A stretch of 52,646 nucleotides of DNA from a virus (IMGVR_UViG_3300048592_000436:1-52646); one strand, 5' to 3'. Shown: positions 23,988-34,136, counted from the first letter of the stretch. Translations and numbers: made by a program. The notes: generated by a model from the sequence alone, not told the origin.

Positions 23988-24332
23988 ATGGGCAAGGTCG
24001 GCGGAGCAAGGCCGGGGGCTGGACGAAAGCCGGGCAAGGTAAGCGCCGCGAAGCGCGCACTGGCGGAAATGGCGAAGGACTACGCCGAGACGGCGCTGGC
24101 GACCCTTGTCGAGGTCTGCACCAGCAAGGAGGCGGCGGACAGCGCGCGGGTAGCGGCGGCGAACGCATTGCTTGACCGGGGCTACGGCCGACCGCCGCAG
24201 GCCATCCAGCACACCGGCACAATCCAGACCGAGGACGTGACCAAGCGCGATGCGGAGTTGTTCGCCAGCAGAATGGCTAGCCTCGCAGCCGTTGGAGTTT
24301 CGGAAGAGGGAACTGAGCCGGTTAAGCACTGA
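23988..24332 (+). CDS. terS: Terminase small subunit
   Basis: GGARPGAGRKPG...AANALLDRGYGRP; precedes terL. Confidence 0.85.
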   Translation: MGKVGGARPGAGRKPGKVSAAKRALAEMAKDYAETALATLVEVCTSKEAADSARVAAANALLDRGYGRPPQAIQHTGTIQTEDVTKRDAELFASRMASLAAVGVSEEGTEPVKH

Positions 24333-25569
24333 GGCGCAAGCCGAACTGCTCTGGCGCTGGCGCGGCTGGTGGGCAAGGCCGAACCAGCTCGCCCCGGGCG
24401 GCGACTGGTCAACGTGGCTGGTGCTCGCGGGCAGGGGCTTCGGCAAGACGCGCGCCGGCACGGAATGGCTTCGGGAGCAGTGGAAAGCCGGGGCAAGCCG
24501 GATTGCCATCGTGGCGGAAACCGCGGCCGACGCGCGCGAGGTTCTGGTTGAGGGTCCGAGCGGCATCATGGCCGTCTCGCCGGAGCACGAACGGCCGACA
24601 TACGAGCCGTCCAAGCGGCGCCTGACCTGGCCCAACGGCGCGGTGGCGACGACCTACAACGGGACGGAACCGGATCAGCTTCGCGGCCCGGAGCACGACA
24701 CGGCGCTCGTCGACGAGCTTGCGAAATACACCTACGCGCAAGAGACCTGGGACAATCTGCAATTCGGTATGCGCCGAGGCGTTCCGCGCGTGATGGTCAC
24801 GACTACCCCGCGACCCATTCCGATCATCCGGGCTCTGATGAAAGACCCCTCATGCGTGGTGACGCGGGGTAGCACGTTCGACAACGCGGCGAACCTCCCC
24901 GCGCAGTTCCTGGCGCAGATACGGGCGAAGTACGAAGGAACCCGGATAGGCCGGCAAGAGCTATTCGCGGAAATCCTCGATGACGTTCCCGGGGCGCTCT
25001 GGACGCGCGACATGCTGGAACAGGCCCGTGTCAAAGCGGCGCCGGAACTGCGGCGGGTCGTGGTTGCTATCGACCCCTCAGGCACGCGGGGCGGGGATGA
25101 AGGCGCCGACGACGTGGGCATAATTGCGGCTGGCGTCGGAATTGATGGCCGCGGCTATGTTATGGCGGATCGCACGTGCAACCTGTCCCCGGCGGGCTGG
25201 GGGCGGCGCGCGGTTGATCTGTATCACGAGCTAAAGGCCGACAGGCTGGTGGCGGAACGGAACTTCGGAGGGGCGATGGTCGAGCATGTGATCCGCACCA
25301 CCGATCCGAAGGTGGCATATCGGGAAGTCACGGCCAGCCGCGGCAAGATCGCCCGGGCCGAGCCGGTCGCGGCGCTCTTCGAGCAGGGCAAGGTCTCGCT
25401 TGTCGGCGGGTTCGCCCCGCTCGAAGATCAGCTCTGTATGATGGCCCCGGACGGCTACATGGGCGAGGGATCGCCTGACCGCGCCGACGCGATGGTCTGG
25501 GCTCTGACGGACCTGATGCTCGAAGCGCAGTCCTCGACGGCCTCCGGTCGCGTTGTCGGGCTGATCTGA
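24250..25569 (+). CDS. terL: Terminase large subunit
   Basis: LAGRGFGKTR Walker A, LVDELA Walker B, VAIDPS and SPDRADA nuclease motifs. Confidence 0.96.
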   Translation: MRSCSPAEWLASQPLEFRKRELSRLSTEAQAELLWRWRGWWARPNQLAPGGDWSTWLVLAGRGFGKTRAGTEWLREQWKAGASRIAIVAETAADAREVLVEGPSGIMAVSPEHERPTYEPSKRRLTWPNGAVATTYNGTEPDQLRGPEHDTALVDELAKYTYAQETWDNLQFGMRRGVPRVMVTTTPRPIPIIRALMKDPSCVVTRGSTFDNAANLPAQFLAQIRAKYEGTRIGRQELFAEILDDVPGALWTRDMLEQARVKAAPELRRVVVAIDPSGTRGGDEGADDVGIIAAGVGIDGRGYVMADRTCNLSPAGWGRRAVDLYHELKADRLVAERNFGGAMVEHVIRTTDPKVAYREVTASRGKIARAEPVAALFEQGKVSLVGGFAPLEDQLCMMAPDGYMGEGSPDRADAMVWALTDLMLEAQSSTASGRVVGLI

Positions 25570-26951
25570 TGGACGTGACAACCAAGCATCCGCATTGGCT
25601 CGACCGGGCCGATGAATGGATGCTTATGCGCGACAGCGACCGGGGGGAGATCGCGGTCAAGAAGCGCGGCGAGACGTATCTCCGGAAGCCGCCGGGGTTC
25701 GGTTCTTCGCAGGAGGGCAGGGACCTCTACGACGCCTATCGGCACCGGGCGCAGTTCTCCGAAGCGGTCGGCCCCACGGTTCAGGGCATGGTCGGCGTTA
25801 TCCACCGCACGGAGGCGCAGATCGAACTGCCGGCCGCAATGGAATGGGTCTGGGAGACCGCAACACGGGACGGCCTGCCACTCGAAGCGTTCCACCGCCG
25901 GATCACGTCGGAAATCCTGCTGACCGGGCGCTACGGCATTCTCGCCGACGCGAACGCCGCTGGCCGGTCCTTCCTGGCGGGCTACACCGCCGAGAGCCTG
26001 ATCAACTGGAGCGAGGACCGCGACTTCTACGTCCTCGACGAATGCGGGCTGGTGCGCGACGGCTTCGTCTGGAACCAGCATGACGCCTATCGCGTGCTGG
26101 AACTGATAGAAGGGCGTTACGTGCAGCGGGTCTACGAGGGCGACCTCAAGATCGCCGGCGAGGAACTGCAGCCCTCGGCGCGCGGGGGCGTGGGGCTGAC
26201 GGAAATCCCCTTCGTCGTCGTCGGGCCGATAGACCTGACGATCCCGCCGCAAGACCCGCCGCTGATCGGCGTGGCGCGTGCGGCGCTGGCGGAATACCAG
26301 CTGTCGGCCGACTACCGCTGGCAGTTGTTCATGTCGGGGCAGGAGACGCTTTTCGTGATCAACGGCACGAAGCCCGACATGGTCGGTGCCGGCGTGGTCG
26401 TCGAGTTGCAAGGCGGGAGCGGGCCGGCCCCGGACGCGAAGTACGTAGGCCCCGCGGGAACCGGGATCGAAGCGCACCGGGTCGCGATGGCAGACCAGCG
26501 CGAGAAGGCGATCAGCATGGGCGCCCGCCTCTTCGACATGGGCAAGAAGGCGGCCGAAAGCGGCGAGGCGCTCAAGATCAGGAGTTCGGCGCAGACGGCG
26601 ACGCTCACAAGCGTTTCCATGGCCTCGGCGCAGGCGCTGGAACGCTCGCTGCGCTATCTGGCGATCCTCGAAGGCTTCCGGCCCGAAGAGGTCACCGTCA
26701 AGCCGAACCTCGACTTCCACGGTCAGCCCATGACGGCGCAGGACGCCGAGGCGCTGGTCAGGACATGGCAGCAAGGCGCGATCAGCTATCAGACGCTCTA
26801 CGAAAACCTGCAACGCGGCGAGATCGCCAGCGCCGAGCGGGACTTCGAGGCGGAACTGGCGCTGATCGATGCAGAGGAACCAAGCCCGGCCGAAAGCGGG
26901 CTGATCATTCCGCCCCGTGAGGCGGATAGCGGGCTGGCGACGTCGGCCTAA
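25569..26951 (+). CDS. Portal protein (DUF4055-type)
   Basis: Position after terL; YDAYRHRAQF, EIPFVVVG, YQLSADY, AESGEAL. Confidence 0.92.
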   Translation: MDVTTKHPHWLDRADEWMLMRDSDRGEIAVKKRGETYLRKPPGFGSSQEGRDLYDAYRHRAQFSEAVGPTVQGMVGVIHRTEAQIELPAAMEWVWETATRDGLPLEAFHRRITSEILLTGRYGILADANAAGRSFLAGYTAESLINWSEDRDFYVLDECGLVRDGFVWNQHDAYRVLELIEGRYVQRVYEGDLKIAGEELQPSARGGVGLTEIPFVVVGPIDLTIPPQDPPLIGVARAALAEYQLSADYRWQLFMSGQETLFVINGTKPDMVGAGVVVELQGGSGPAPDAKYVGPAGTGIEAHRVAMADQREKAISMGARLFDMGKKAAESGEALKIRSSAQTATLTSVSMASAQALERSLRYLAILEGFRPEEVTVKPNLDFHGQPMTAQDAEALVRTWQQGAISYQTLYENLQRGEIASAERDFEAELALIDAEEPSPAESGLIIPPREADSGLATSA

Positions 26952-26965
26952 AGCAGGAGGACCCG

Positions 26966-27712
26966 ATGGGTCTCAAAGCCATCCTCGAAGCCCTGGACGA
27001 TGTTCCGGAGGGTGTTCGGGAAGTGTACAAGAACGTCGATGGCAAATTCGTGCTGGACATCGAGGGCATCGACCAGCACCCGGCCGTCGCAAACCTGAAA
27101 TCGGCGCACGAACGGCAGAAGGCGGCGACGGCGGAAGCCAAGGCGGCGGCAGCGGAGGCGCGGGCGCGTCTCGAAGGCCTGCCCGACGACTTCACGCCGG
27201 AGACATTCGCGGAACTGCGCGCCAAGGCGGAAGCCGCGGGCAATGTCAAGCCTGATGATCAGATCGCGAAAATCCGTGAGACGCTGGAAAAGAAGCACGC
27301 GGCGGAACTGGCCAAGTACAAGGCCGACCTGGAGAAAGAGCGCGGCATTGCCACCAAGCTCCTGGTTGATGACGGCCTGACCGCGGCCCTCGCGGCGGTG
27401 CGCGTCAAGCCGGAATTGATGGACGGGGCCAAAGCCTATCTGCGCGGCCTCGTGAAGGTCGCGGACGAAGGCGGCGACCGCAAGGCAATCGTTGAGACCG
27501 ACATGGGTCCGATGGCGCTGCAAAGCTACATCGCCGAATGGGCCGGGTCGGAAAAGGGGCGGGCCTATCTCGCTCCGCCTTCCGGGGGCGATGCCCGCGG
27601 GAGCAGCTCGGGCGGCAAGGGCAAGACGATCCCGCGCGCAGAGTTCGACAAGATGGATCACCGGGCGCAGGCGCAGACGGTTCGCTCGGGCGTGAAGGTG
27701 ATCGAAGACTGA
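26966..27712 (+). CDS. Capsid scaffolding protein
   Basis: LDDVPEGVREVYKNVDGKFVLDIEG, coiled coil, Gly-rich C-terminus. Confidence 0.85.
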   Translation: MGLKAILEALDDVPEGVREVYKNVDGKFVLDIEGIDQHPAVANLKSAHERQKAATAEAKAAAAEARARLEGLPDDFTPETFAELRAKAEAAGNVKPDDQIAKIRETLEKKHAAELAKYKADLEKERGIATKLLVDDGLTAALAAVRVKPELMDGAKAYLRGLVKVADEGGDRKAIVETDMGPMALQSYIAEWAGSEKGRAYLAPPSGGDARGSSSGGKGKTIPRAEFDKMDHRAQAQTVRSGVKVIED

Positions 27713-27771
27713 CAAGTCCCGCCTCCGATGGGGGCCGGCAATTCTTAAACCCCCATCGCAGGAGAAACACG

Positions 27772-28938
27772 ATGGCCAATACGCTGACCAACCTCATCCC
27801 CGACATGTACGAGGCCCTCGATCAGGTCTCGCGCGAACTGACTGGGTTCATTCCCGCCGTATCGCGGGACAGCCGCGTCGATCGCGCCGCCCTTGGGCAG
27901 AGCGTTCGCGTGCCCGTCACCCGCGCCGCGAGCACGGGGGAGAACACCCCTGCCGTTACCGCGCCCAACACTGGCGATACCACGGTGGATAACGTCGAGA
28001 TCACGATCTCGAAGTCGAAGCATGTACCCGTCCGGTTCAACGGCGAGGAAACCCGCGGCCTCACCAATGCCGGCACGTTCTCGACCATCATGGCGGATCG
28101 CCTCTATCAGGGCATGCGCACGCTGGTGAACGAGATCGAGGCGGACCTTTGGGAGGAAGCCCGGACCAATGCCTCGCGCGGCTTCGGCGCCACCGCCGGC
28201 ACGGCGCCCTTCGCCACGGCGAACGACCTGTCGGATTTCGCGGGCGTCCGTCGCATCCTCGAAGAGAACGGCGCCCCTCTGGCCGACCTGCAGCTCGTCC
28301 TCGGCCATGCGGCCATGGCGAACCTGCGCGGCAAGCAGTCGGTGCTCTTCAAGGTCAACGAGGCCGGTTCCTCGGATATGCTGCGCGACGGCATGACCGA
28401 GCGGATCATGGGCATGGCGATCCGTCATTCCCACGCGGTCGGCGTGCACACCGCGGGCGCGGGCACGGGCTACGACGTGAACAACGCCCCGGGCTACGAT
28501 ATCGGGGATGCGTCGATCATCCTGCATGACGGCACGGTGAACGTGACCGGCATCAAGGCGGGCGATCTGGTGACTTTCGCCGGGGATACCAACAAGTATT
28601 CCATCAAGACGGGCACCACGGAGACCGGCGCAACCGTCGTGATTGGCGGCCCCGGCCTGCGGCAGACGCTGGCCACCGCAGTCGAAATGACCACCATCGC
28701 GAGCCACACGCAGAACGTCGCATTCTCGCGCGACGCGATCGTGCTGGCGACCCGCGCCCCGGCGATGCCGGAAGGCGGCGATGCGGCGTCCGATATGGTG
28801 ACGGTGGTTGATGACCGTTCCGGCCTCGCCTTCGAGGTGGCGCAGTACAAGCAGTTCCTCCAGAACGTGCTGCACGTCCGCATTGCCTGGGGATTCCGGG
28901 CCATCGCGGATCGTCACATCGCGATCCTGCACGGCTGA
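27772..28938 (+). CDS. Major capsid protein (P22 coat-like)
   Basis: MANTLTNLIPDMYEALDQVSRELTGFIPAV; AGGAGA RBS; SGLAFEVAQY...IAWG. Confidence 0.93.
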   Translation: MANTLTNLIPDMYEALDQVSRELTGFIPAVSRDSRVDRAALGQSVRVPVTRAASTGENTPAVTAPNTGDTTVDNVEITISKSKHVPVRFNGEETRGLTNAGTFSTIMADRLYQGMRTLVNEIEADLWEEARTNASRGFGATAGTAPFATANDLSDFAGVRRILEENGAPLADLQLVLGHAAMANLRGKQSVLFKVNEAGSSDMLRDGMTERIMGMAIRHSHAVGVHTAGAGTGYDVNNAPGYDIGDASIILHDGTVNVTGIKAGDLVTFAGDTNKYSIKTGTTETGATVVIGGPGLRQTLATAVEMTTIASHTQNVAFSRDAIVLATRAPAMPEGGDAASDMVTVVDDRSGLAFEVAQYKQFLQNVLHVRIAWGFRAIADRHIAILHG

Positions 28939-28989
28939 TCTTTGCCAGAGGGGGCGGGATAGCTCGCCCCCTTCGCCAAGCTCAGGAGA

Positions 28990-29745
28990 ATGCAAATGGC
29001 AACGATTTATGAAGTCCCGCCCGGCAGCACCCTGACCGCGACGGTATTCGACGGGACTGGATACGTTCGGCAGGTGGAAAACCCAGCGATTGCGGGGCTT
29101 GTCACGAATGCCGCGCCGCTGGTGTTCGGCCCGTATATCCAGCCTCGGCAATTCCGGGTGTCTGGCGACGTAGCTGTCAGCATTGCGGAGGTCGCGGCGT
29201 TTTCGGTGCCGGGTGTCGGGCTGCCGGCGAATGTGGTCGACATGTTCGGAGAAGGCGCCCCGGTCGCCCCGGTGCAGGCATCGCTGCTCGTCAACCCGGC
29301 GGGCGATGATAACGCGATCCTCTACACCGCGGCGGCCTATGGCGCGGCGGGCAATGCGATCAGCGTCGAATATATCGACCCGGGCGTTGATGACGCCGTG
29401 CTTGCGGTAACGGCTGAAAGCAACGCCCTGAAGGTTTACCTGGAGACGGACGAAAACGGGGATATCGTGACCACGGCGGCGGATATCGTGACTGCGGTCG
29501 AGGCGAGCGACGCTGCCATGGGCTTTCTGACGCTGGCAATTGACGCGACCGACGAGGACAGTGGCGGCGGCGTTGGCGTTGTGGCGGCGGCAGCGGCGGC
29601 CGTCCTCGAAGGCGGCGTCGGAACGGGCATCGGAACGGCGGGGGCTGGATCGCGGTACACCGCGACCGGGGAAACTCCCGCGGTCTACATGCAGACCGGG
29701 CCGATCGGCCAGCCGGCGTGGGTGCAGTTGGCGGAGGTGTCCTGA
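28990..29745 (+). CDS. Head decoration/fibre-like protein with an inserted domain
   Basis: GEGAP...GTGIGTAGAGSRYT...VYMQTG..QPAW motif interrupted by a ~120-aa domain. Confidence 0.7.
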   Translation: MQMATIYEVPPGSTLTATVFDGTGYVRQVENPAIAGLVTNAAPLVFGPYIQPRQFRVSGDVAVSIAEVAAFSVPGVGLPANVVDMFGEGAPVAPVQASLLVNPAGDDNAILYTAAAYGAAGNAISVEYIDPGVDDAVLAVTAESNALKVYLETDENGDIVTTAADIVTAVEASDAAMGFLTLAIDATDEDSGGGVGVVAAAAAAVLEGGVGTGIGTAGAGSRYTATGETPAVYMQTGPIGQPAWVQLAEVS

Positions 29746-29948
29746 TGCCTGATCCCTACGCGGGCCTTCTGAAGGTTGCCAAGCCGGGCAGCCTGCTCGG
29801 GTTTCACTACATCGACCCCGCGAACTTCGATCCGTCGCGGCATGTTCTGTTCGATAATGCGCCGGCCGCGACTGTGGTGACGGGCAATGAGTTCGTGCTG
29901 CCGCCGGCAGCCAAGCCGCGCGGACGGCCGCGGAAGATTGCCGAATGA
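29745..29948 (+). CDS. Small virion protein with AT-hook
   Basis: FDPSRHVLF; C-terminal PRGRPRK. Confidence 0.7.
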   Translation: MPDPYAGLLKVAKPGSLLGFHYIDPANFDPSRHVLFDNAPAATVVTGNEFVLPPAAKPRGRPRKIAE

Positions 29949-30460
29949 CCCTGACTGTCGCCCCGGCCTCTGGCGCCAATTCCTACGCCTCGCTCGCGGC
30001 GACGGACGCATATCACGCGGTCCGCGCCAATGCGACATGGACGGGCACGGACGAGGCCAAGGAATCCGCGCTGATCCGGGCGACGCAGTGGCTTGACGGG
30101 CGCTATCGCAGCCGCTGGCCGGGGCTCAGGACGGGCGGGCGCTCGCAGGCGCTGGAATGGCCCCGCTCCGGCGTTGTGGACATGGAAGGCAACGGCATTA
30201 CAGAAGACGAGGTGCCCGTCGAAGTGGTGAACGCGACGATGGAAGCGGCGTTGCGGGAACTGGTTGCGCCCGGCAGCCTTGCGCCGGACTATGTGGCGAA
30301 CACGGGCGTGAAGCGCGAGCGCGTCGGCCCGCTGGAAGTCGAATATCTCGGCGTTTCGGGGGCATCGTCGGTGCAGCCTGTGCTGACCGCGGTGGATGAA
30401 ATCCTCGCGAGCCTGATCGGGCCTTCGTCCGGGGTCGTCGGGCGTCTGGTGCGCGCGTGA
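29945..30460 (+). CDS. Head-tail adaptor (DnaT-like annotation family)
   Basis: ANSYASLA, KESALIRATQWLD, QALEWPR, VKRERVGPLEVEY. Confidence 0.88.
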   Translation: MTLTVAPASGANSYASLAATDAYHAVRANATWTGTDEAKESALIRATQWLDGRYRSRWPGLRTGGRSQALEWPRSGVVDMEGNGITEDEVPVEVVNATMEAALRELVAPGSLAPDYVANTGVKRERVGPLEVEYLGVSGASSVQPVLTAVDEILASLIGPSSGVVGRLVRA

Positions 30461-30705
30461 ACAAGGTTACACCGCTGTTCGGTGGTGAGGTGGCGGCCAC
30501 GGCAGAGCCGCGCGAGAGCGTGGTGGCGGTGGCGGAAGAACTACTGGAAATGGCACGGTCCGGACAGGCGCAAATGCTCGCGGTGGTCTACATGGGCCCG
30601 GATAACCTGTGCGGCTATCGTATAGCCGGGCTCACGGGGGCCTATAGCGCCATAGGGGCGGCGCAGATGGTGCTCTACAGGCTGATCGAGGAGGCAAAGC
30701 AGTGA
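30457..30705 (+). CDS. Hypothetical protein
   Basis: GTGA-coupled; LLEMARSGQ. Confidence 0.7.
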   Translation: MNKVTPLFGGEVAATAEPRESVVAVAEELLEMARSGQAQMLAVVYMGPDNLCGYRIAGLTGAYSAIGAAQMVLYRLIEEAKQ

Positions 30706-31145
30706 CCTTCGACTACGCCAAGTCGGGCCGCACGGCTGCGGGCCTGATCGCCAAGTTCGGCGAGTTCGCGGTCCTGCGTAAGGCAAACTTCACCGGCCCG
30801 GACTACGACCCGACGCCGGGGGAGCCGCTGTATGTGCAGGTCATGGCTGTCGATGTGGGCCGGAAGGACCGTGCCGTGGGTTCGGTGACGCAGACCATGC
30901 GCGAGGTCATCATCTCGACGGACGGCGTTCCGGCGCTTCCGGGGGGCAACTTGCTGGCTCCGGAGCGGGGCGACCGGCTACTCATGGACGCGCCGGAGGT
31001 GAGCCTGTACGATGCGCAGGTCTATCTGTCCGGGGCGATCCTGGACGATGGCGCCTTCGTGGGGCGGTCGCACGAGATCGCCGAGGTTCGGCCGCTGGCC
31101 CCTGCGGGCGTGGTGGTCATGTGGGAAGTGAGCTTGGTGATATGA
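30702..31145 (+). CDS. Head closure / neck protein
   Basis: FDYAKSGRTAAGLIAKFG...EVRPLAPAGVVVMWEV. Confidence 0.8.
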   Translation: MTFDYAKSGRTAAGLIAKFGEFAVLRKANFTGPDYDPTPGEPLYVQVMAVDVGRKDRAVGSVTQTMREVIISTDGVPALPGGNLLAPERGDRLLMDAPEVSLYDAQVYLSGAILDDGAFVGRSHEIAEVRPLAPAGVVVMWEVSLVI

Positions 31146-31444
31146 TGCCCTACACCCCTCAAATCGACTGGACCGGCGGGGAATGCCCGCTACACATCCG
31201 GCTTATCGACGGCGTGCCGGTGCTCTTCGATGACCGCGGGCGGATGGTGAAGGGGCAAGTGAGCGTCAAGGTCGAGAGCGCCGTTGATAAGATGATGGGG
31301 GTCACGGCGACGATCCTAGTCGAGCGGGAACCTTCGCTTTCGGCGGCAGAGGCGAAAGAGGAAGCCGAACGCCGCGAGATAGTGCGGCAAGCCATTCGTG
31401 ACATGACCGAAGAGGCGAAAGCCCGGGGGACAAGGCTCTTCTGA
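31142..31444 (+). CDS. Hypothetical protein
   Basis: Coupled ORF. Confidence 0.6.
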   Translation: MMPYTPQIDWTGGECPLHIRLIDGVPVLFDDRGRMVKGQVSVKVESAVDKMMGVTATILVEREPSLSAAEAKEEAERREIVRQAIRDMTEEAKARGTRLF

Positions 31445-32498
31445 TGGCCCGCCGCCCCTCGCAACGCCAAATCTTCAACGCCCTCGCCGAGCAGATGGAA
31501 CCGCGCATCCGCGCCGCCTTCCTCTCCAGCATCCGCGACATTCGCAGCGAGGCGCAACTCGCCGCCATCATCGGGCATATCGAGGCCGGGCGCATCGACC
31601 TCGCCCTCGCGGCGCTCAACCTGCGGCCGGAGTTCTTCGCGCCCCTCGATGACGCATTGCGGGGGGCATACCTCGCCGGGGGAGCGGCGGCCGTCACGGC
31701 CCTGCCTCGGATAGCCGACCCTTTTCCGGTGCGCGTCTCGCGGTGCGCTTCGACGGACGAAACCCGCGGGCGGAACGATACCTCGCGGAGAGATCAAGCG
31801 GACTGATCGTCGAGATACTGGAGGACACGCGCGACGGAATACGCGCATGGATCGCCAACGGCATGGTTGACGGCCGGAACCCGCGCAACACGGCACTGGA
31901 CATCGTGGGCCGGATCAACCGCGCCACCGGGCGCCGGGAAGGCGGGATCGTCGGCCTGACCTCGCAGCAAATGGGCTACGTCGCCAACATGCGGGCCGAT
32001 CTGGCGGACCCGGAACGGATGGCGGGGTATTTCGATCGGGCGCGCAGAGACAAGCGCTTCGACGGGCTGGTGCGCCGGGCCATGCGGGATGGCAAGCCTC
32101 TGGCGCAGGCGGACATCGACCGGATTGCGGCGCGCTATTCGGACAGGTTGCTGTCGCTGCGTGGTGAGACGATCGCGCGGACGGAAAGCATGACGGCGCT
32201 GAACGAGGCGCGATATGAAGCCGTGCAACAGCAGATCGACGCAGGAAATCTCGCGCCGGGTCAGGTAGAGTGGCAGTGGCAGGCAAACCTGGACGGTAGG
32301 GTAAGGGACAGCCATTCGGCAATGCACATGCAGACCGTTCGGCACGGCGATGCCTTCGTGAGCCCTGTGACCGGCGCGAGGATGCGTTACCCCATGGATC
32401 GGGCGCTTGGCGCAGGGGCGGGGGACATCATCAACTGCCGGTGTATCTTGGCGCCGAAAATTGACTATCTCGCCGGCTTGTCGCGACGAGTAGCCTAG
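31444..32498 (+). CDS. Minor head protein (Mu gpF / SPP1 gp7 family), two ORFs joined by a -1 frameshift (351 aa fused)
   Basis: C CCT TTT at 31719-31725; C-terminal ETIARTE, DGRVRDSH, IINCRC. Confidence 0.85.
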
Positions 32499-32698
32499 TT
32501 TCGTGTCAGTCGCCCACGGGAAGCGCAGTCGTCGGCAAGCGCCTTCATGATATTCGGGTTTTCGACGCCGGTTTTGGTAGAGGCCAGCCGCGTGACGGTT
32601 TCGCAGTGCGCGATGTCTTCGGCGCGGTCTGAATAGACATGCCATCCGGCAAAGCCGGAGGCCACAACGATGGTCAGGGCGACAATGGCTTTAGTCAT
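32495..32698 (-). CDS. Antisense moron: small membrane-anchored protein
   Basis: AGGAGG RBS; N-terminal TM segment; two Cys; fills the intergenic gap in the late operon. Confidence 0.7.
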   Translation of the reverse strand: MTKAIVALTIVVASGFAGWHVYSDRAEDIAHCETVTRLASTKTGVENPNIMKALADDCASRGRLTRN

Positions 32699-32737
32699 TG
32701 GGCGATCCTCCTGCGGGATATATAGGGGCGCGGACGC

Positions 32738-33184
32738 ATGGCGCAAAATTTCGCTGCGACGGTCGGTGCTTGGGTAGACGACTACAAGGACGCAGCCGAG
32801 ACGATATTCCGGGCATCGGCGCAGGAAGTGCTCAACGATGCGAACCTTTCGCGCGCAAGCGGTGGCAGCCGGCCGATCGATACGGGGTTTCTGGGCGGGT
32901 CTCTCACGGTCGGGATCAATGAGGAACCGGCAAACGTGAACGGGCTGCGGTCAAGTGGTTCCTACGCGCTAGAGATACTGCCGGCGAAACTCGGAGACGT
33001 GCTGATGGCGCGCTGGACGGCGGCATATGCCCGCCGGATGGAGTACGGCTTCAACGGGCAGGACAGCCTGGGCAGGACTTATCGCCAGCAAGGCTTCGGC
33101 TTCGTGCGGAAGGCGGCGCAGAACTGGGTCAGCATCGTCGCCAAGTACGAGGCGGCCGGAAAGCGGGTGCTGGGTGTCGATTGA
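32738..33184 (+). CDS. HK97 gp10-like neck/tail completion protein
   Basis: PIDTGFL, WTAAYARRMEYG, FVRKAAQNW. Confidence 0.88.
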   Translation: MAQNFAATVGAWVDDYKDAAETIFRASAQEVLNDANLSRASGGSRPIDTGFLGGSLTVGINEEPANVNGLRSSGSYALEILPAKLGDVLMARWTAAYARRMEYGFNGQDSLGRTYRQQGFGFVRKAAQNWVSIVAKYEAAGKRVLGVD

Positions 33185-33572
33185 AGCAAGCATTCGGGCG
33201 GCGCTATCCGAGCGCCTGGACGGACTTGATACCGATCTGCCGATCCTCTGGGAGAACCGGAAGAACCTGCCGACTGCCGGCAACTGGATGCTCGCGCAAC
33301 TGATCCGAAACCGCACCGCGCGCCTCGGGATCGCCCCTATGCATCGCTGGCCCGGCATCCTGCAGGTGTCGGTGATGACCGGGCTCGGCGAAGGGCCGAT
33401 GGCCGGGGACCGCATCGCGGAACAGGTAGCGGCGCATTTCCCGGCCGATCTGAGGCTGGTGCACGGGACGACGACGGTGCGGGTGACCGAGGCGCCGTCA
33501 GTTGCGGGCGGGCTAGTCTCTGGTGGCTGGTGGGAAGTGCCGGTCAGCATTTACTTCGAGGCGCTGCAGTAG
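33174..33572 (+). CDS. Tail terminator protein
   Basis: ILWEN, GILQVSV, VAAHFP, VPVSIYF. Confidence 0.85.
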   Translation: MSIEASIRAALSERLDGLDTDLPILWENRKNLPTAGNWMLAQLIRNRTARLGIAPMHRWPGILQVSVMTGLGEGPMAGDRIAEQVAAHFPADLRLVHGTTTVRVTEAPSVAGGLVSGGWWEVPVSIYFEALQ

Positions 33573-33629
33573 CACCTCGGCCCTTCAACGCGCCTTGGGC
33601 AAGCGGACCCTCAATCAAAGGAGGCCGCG

Positions 33630-34136
33630 ATGGCCACGCTTTTCCCCGTAGCGGGTTCCAAAATCTATATCGGCAACGCTGCTCTGGCGTCCGAAAGCGG
33701 CGATATGGTCCCCAGCGACTTCACGGCCGTCACCTGGGTCGAGATCGACGGCTGGATCAATGCAGGCGCCATCGGCGATACGTCCGAGACGATATCGACG
33801 CGGCTCATCAACCGCAACCGCACCATCAAGCAGAAAGGTTCGCGGGATGCCGGTTCGATGGAAAACGAGTTCGCGGCGCTCACTGCCGACGCCGGCCAAC
33901 TTGCCCTTATCGCGGCCGAGAAAACCAGCTCGGAATATCCGTTCAAGATCGAATGGGACGATGCCGATGTGGTTGAATTGCCCGACACTTCGACGCCGAC
34001 CACCTTCCTTTTCTGCGCCCTGGTGAACGGCGCCAGATACGGGCAGGGCACGGCGAACACAATTCACACGCTCAATTCGACGCTGGAGATCAACTCCAAC
34101 ATCGTCGTCGTGGCGAAAGCGGTCGTGGAGGGCTGA
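33630..34136 (+). CDS. Major tail tube protein
   Basis: LFPVAGSKIYIG, KQKGSRDAGSM, LEINSNIV; AAGGAGG RBS. Confidence 0.88.
   Translation: MATLFPVAGSKIYIGNAALASESGDMVPSDFTAVTWVEIDGWINAGAIGDTSETISTRLINRNRTIKQKGSRDAGSMENEFAALTADAGQLALIAAEKTSSEYPFKIEWDDADVVELPDTSTPTTFLFCALVNGARYGQGTANTIHTLNSTLEINSNIVVVAKAVVEG

Noticed and set aside
25455-26813. 452-aa minus-strand ORF
   Set aside because: Antisense shadow of the portal gene
28948-28973. Strong terminator after the capsid gene
   Set aside because: Hairpin present but no U-tract; may only stabilise or attenuate
27745-29979. 744-aa minus-strand ORF
   Set aside because: Antisense shadow of capsid and decoration genes in high-GC DNA; no recognisable motifs
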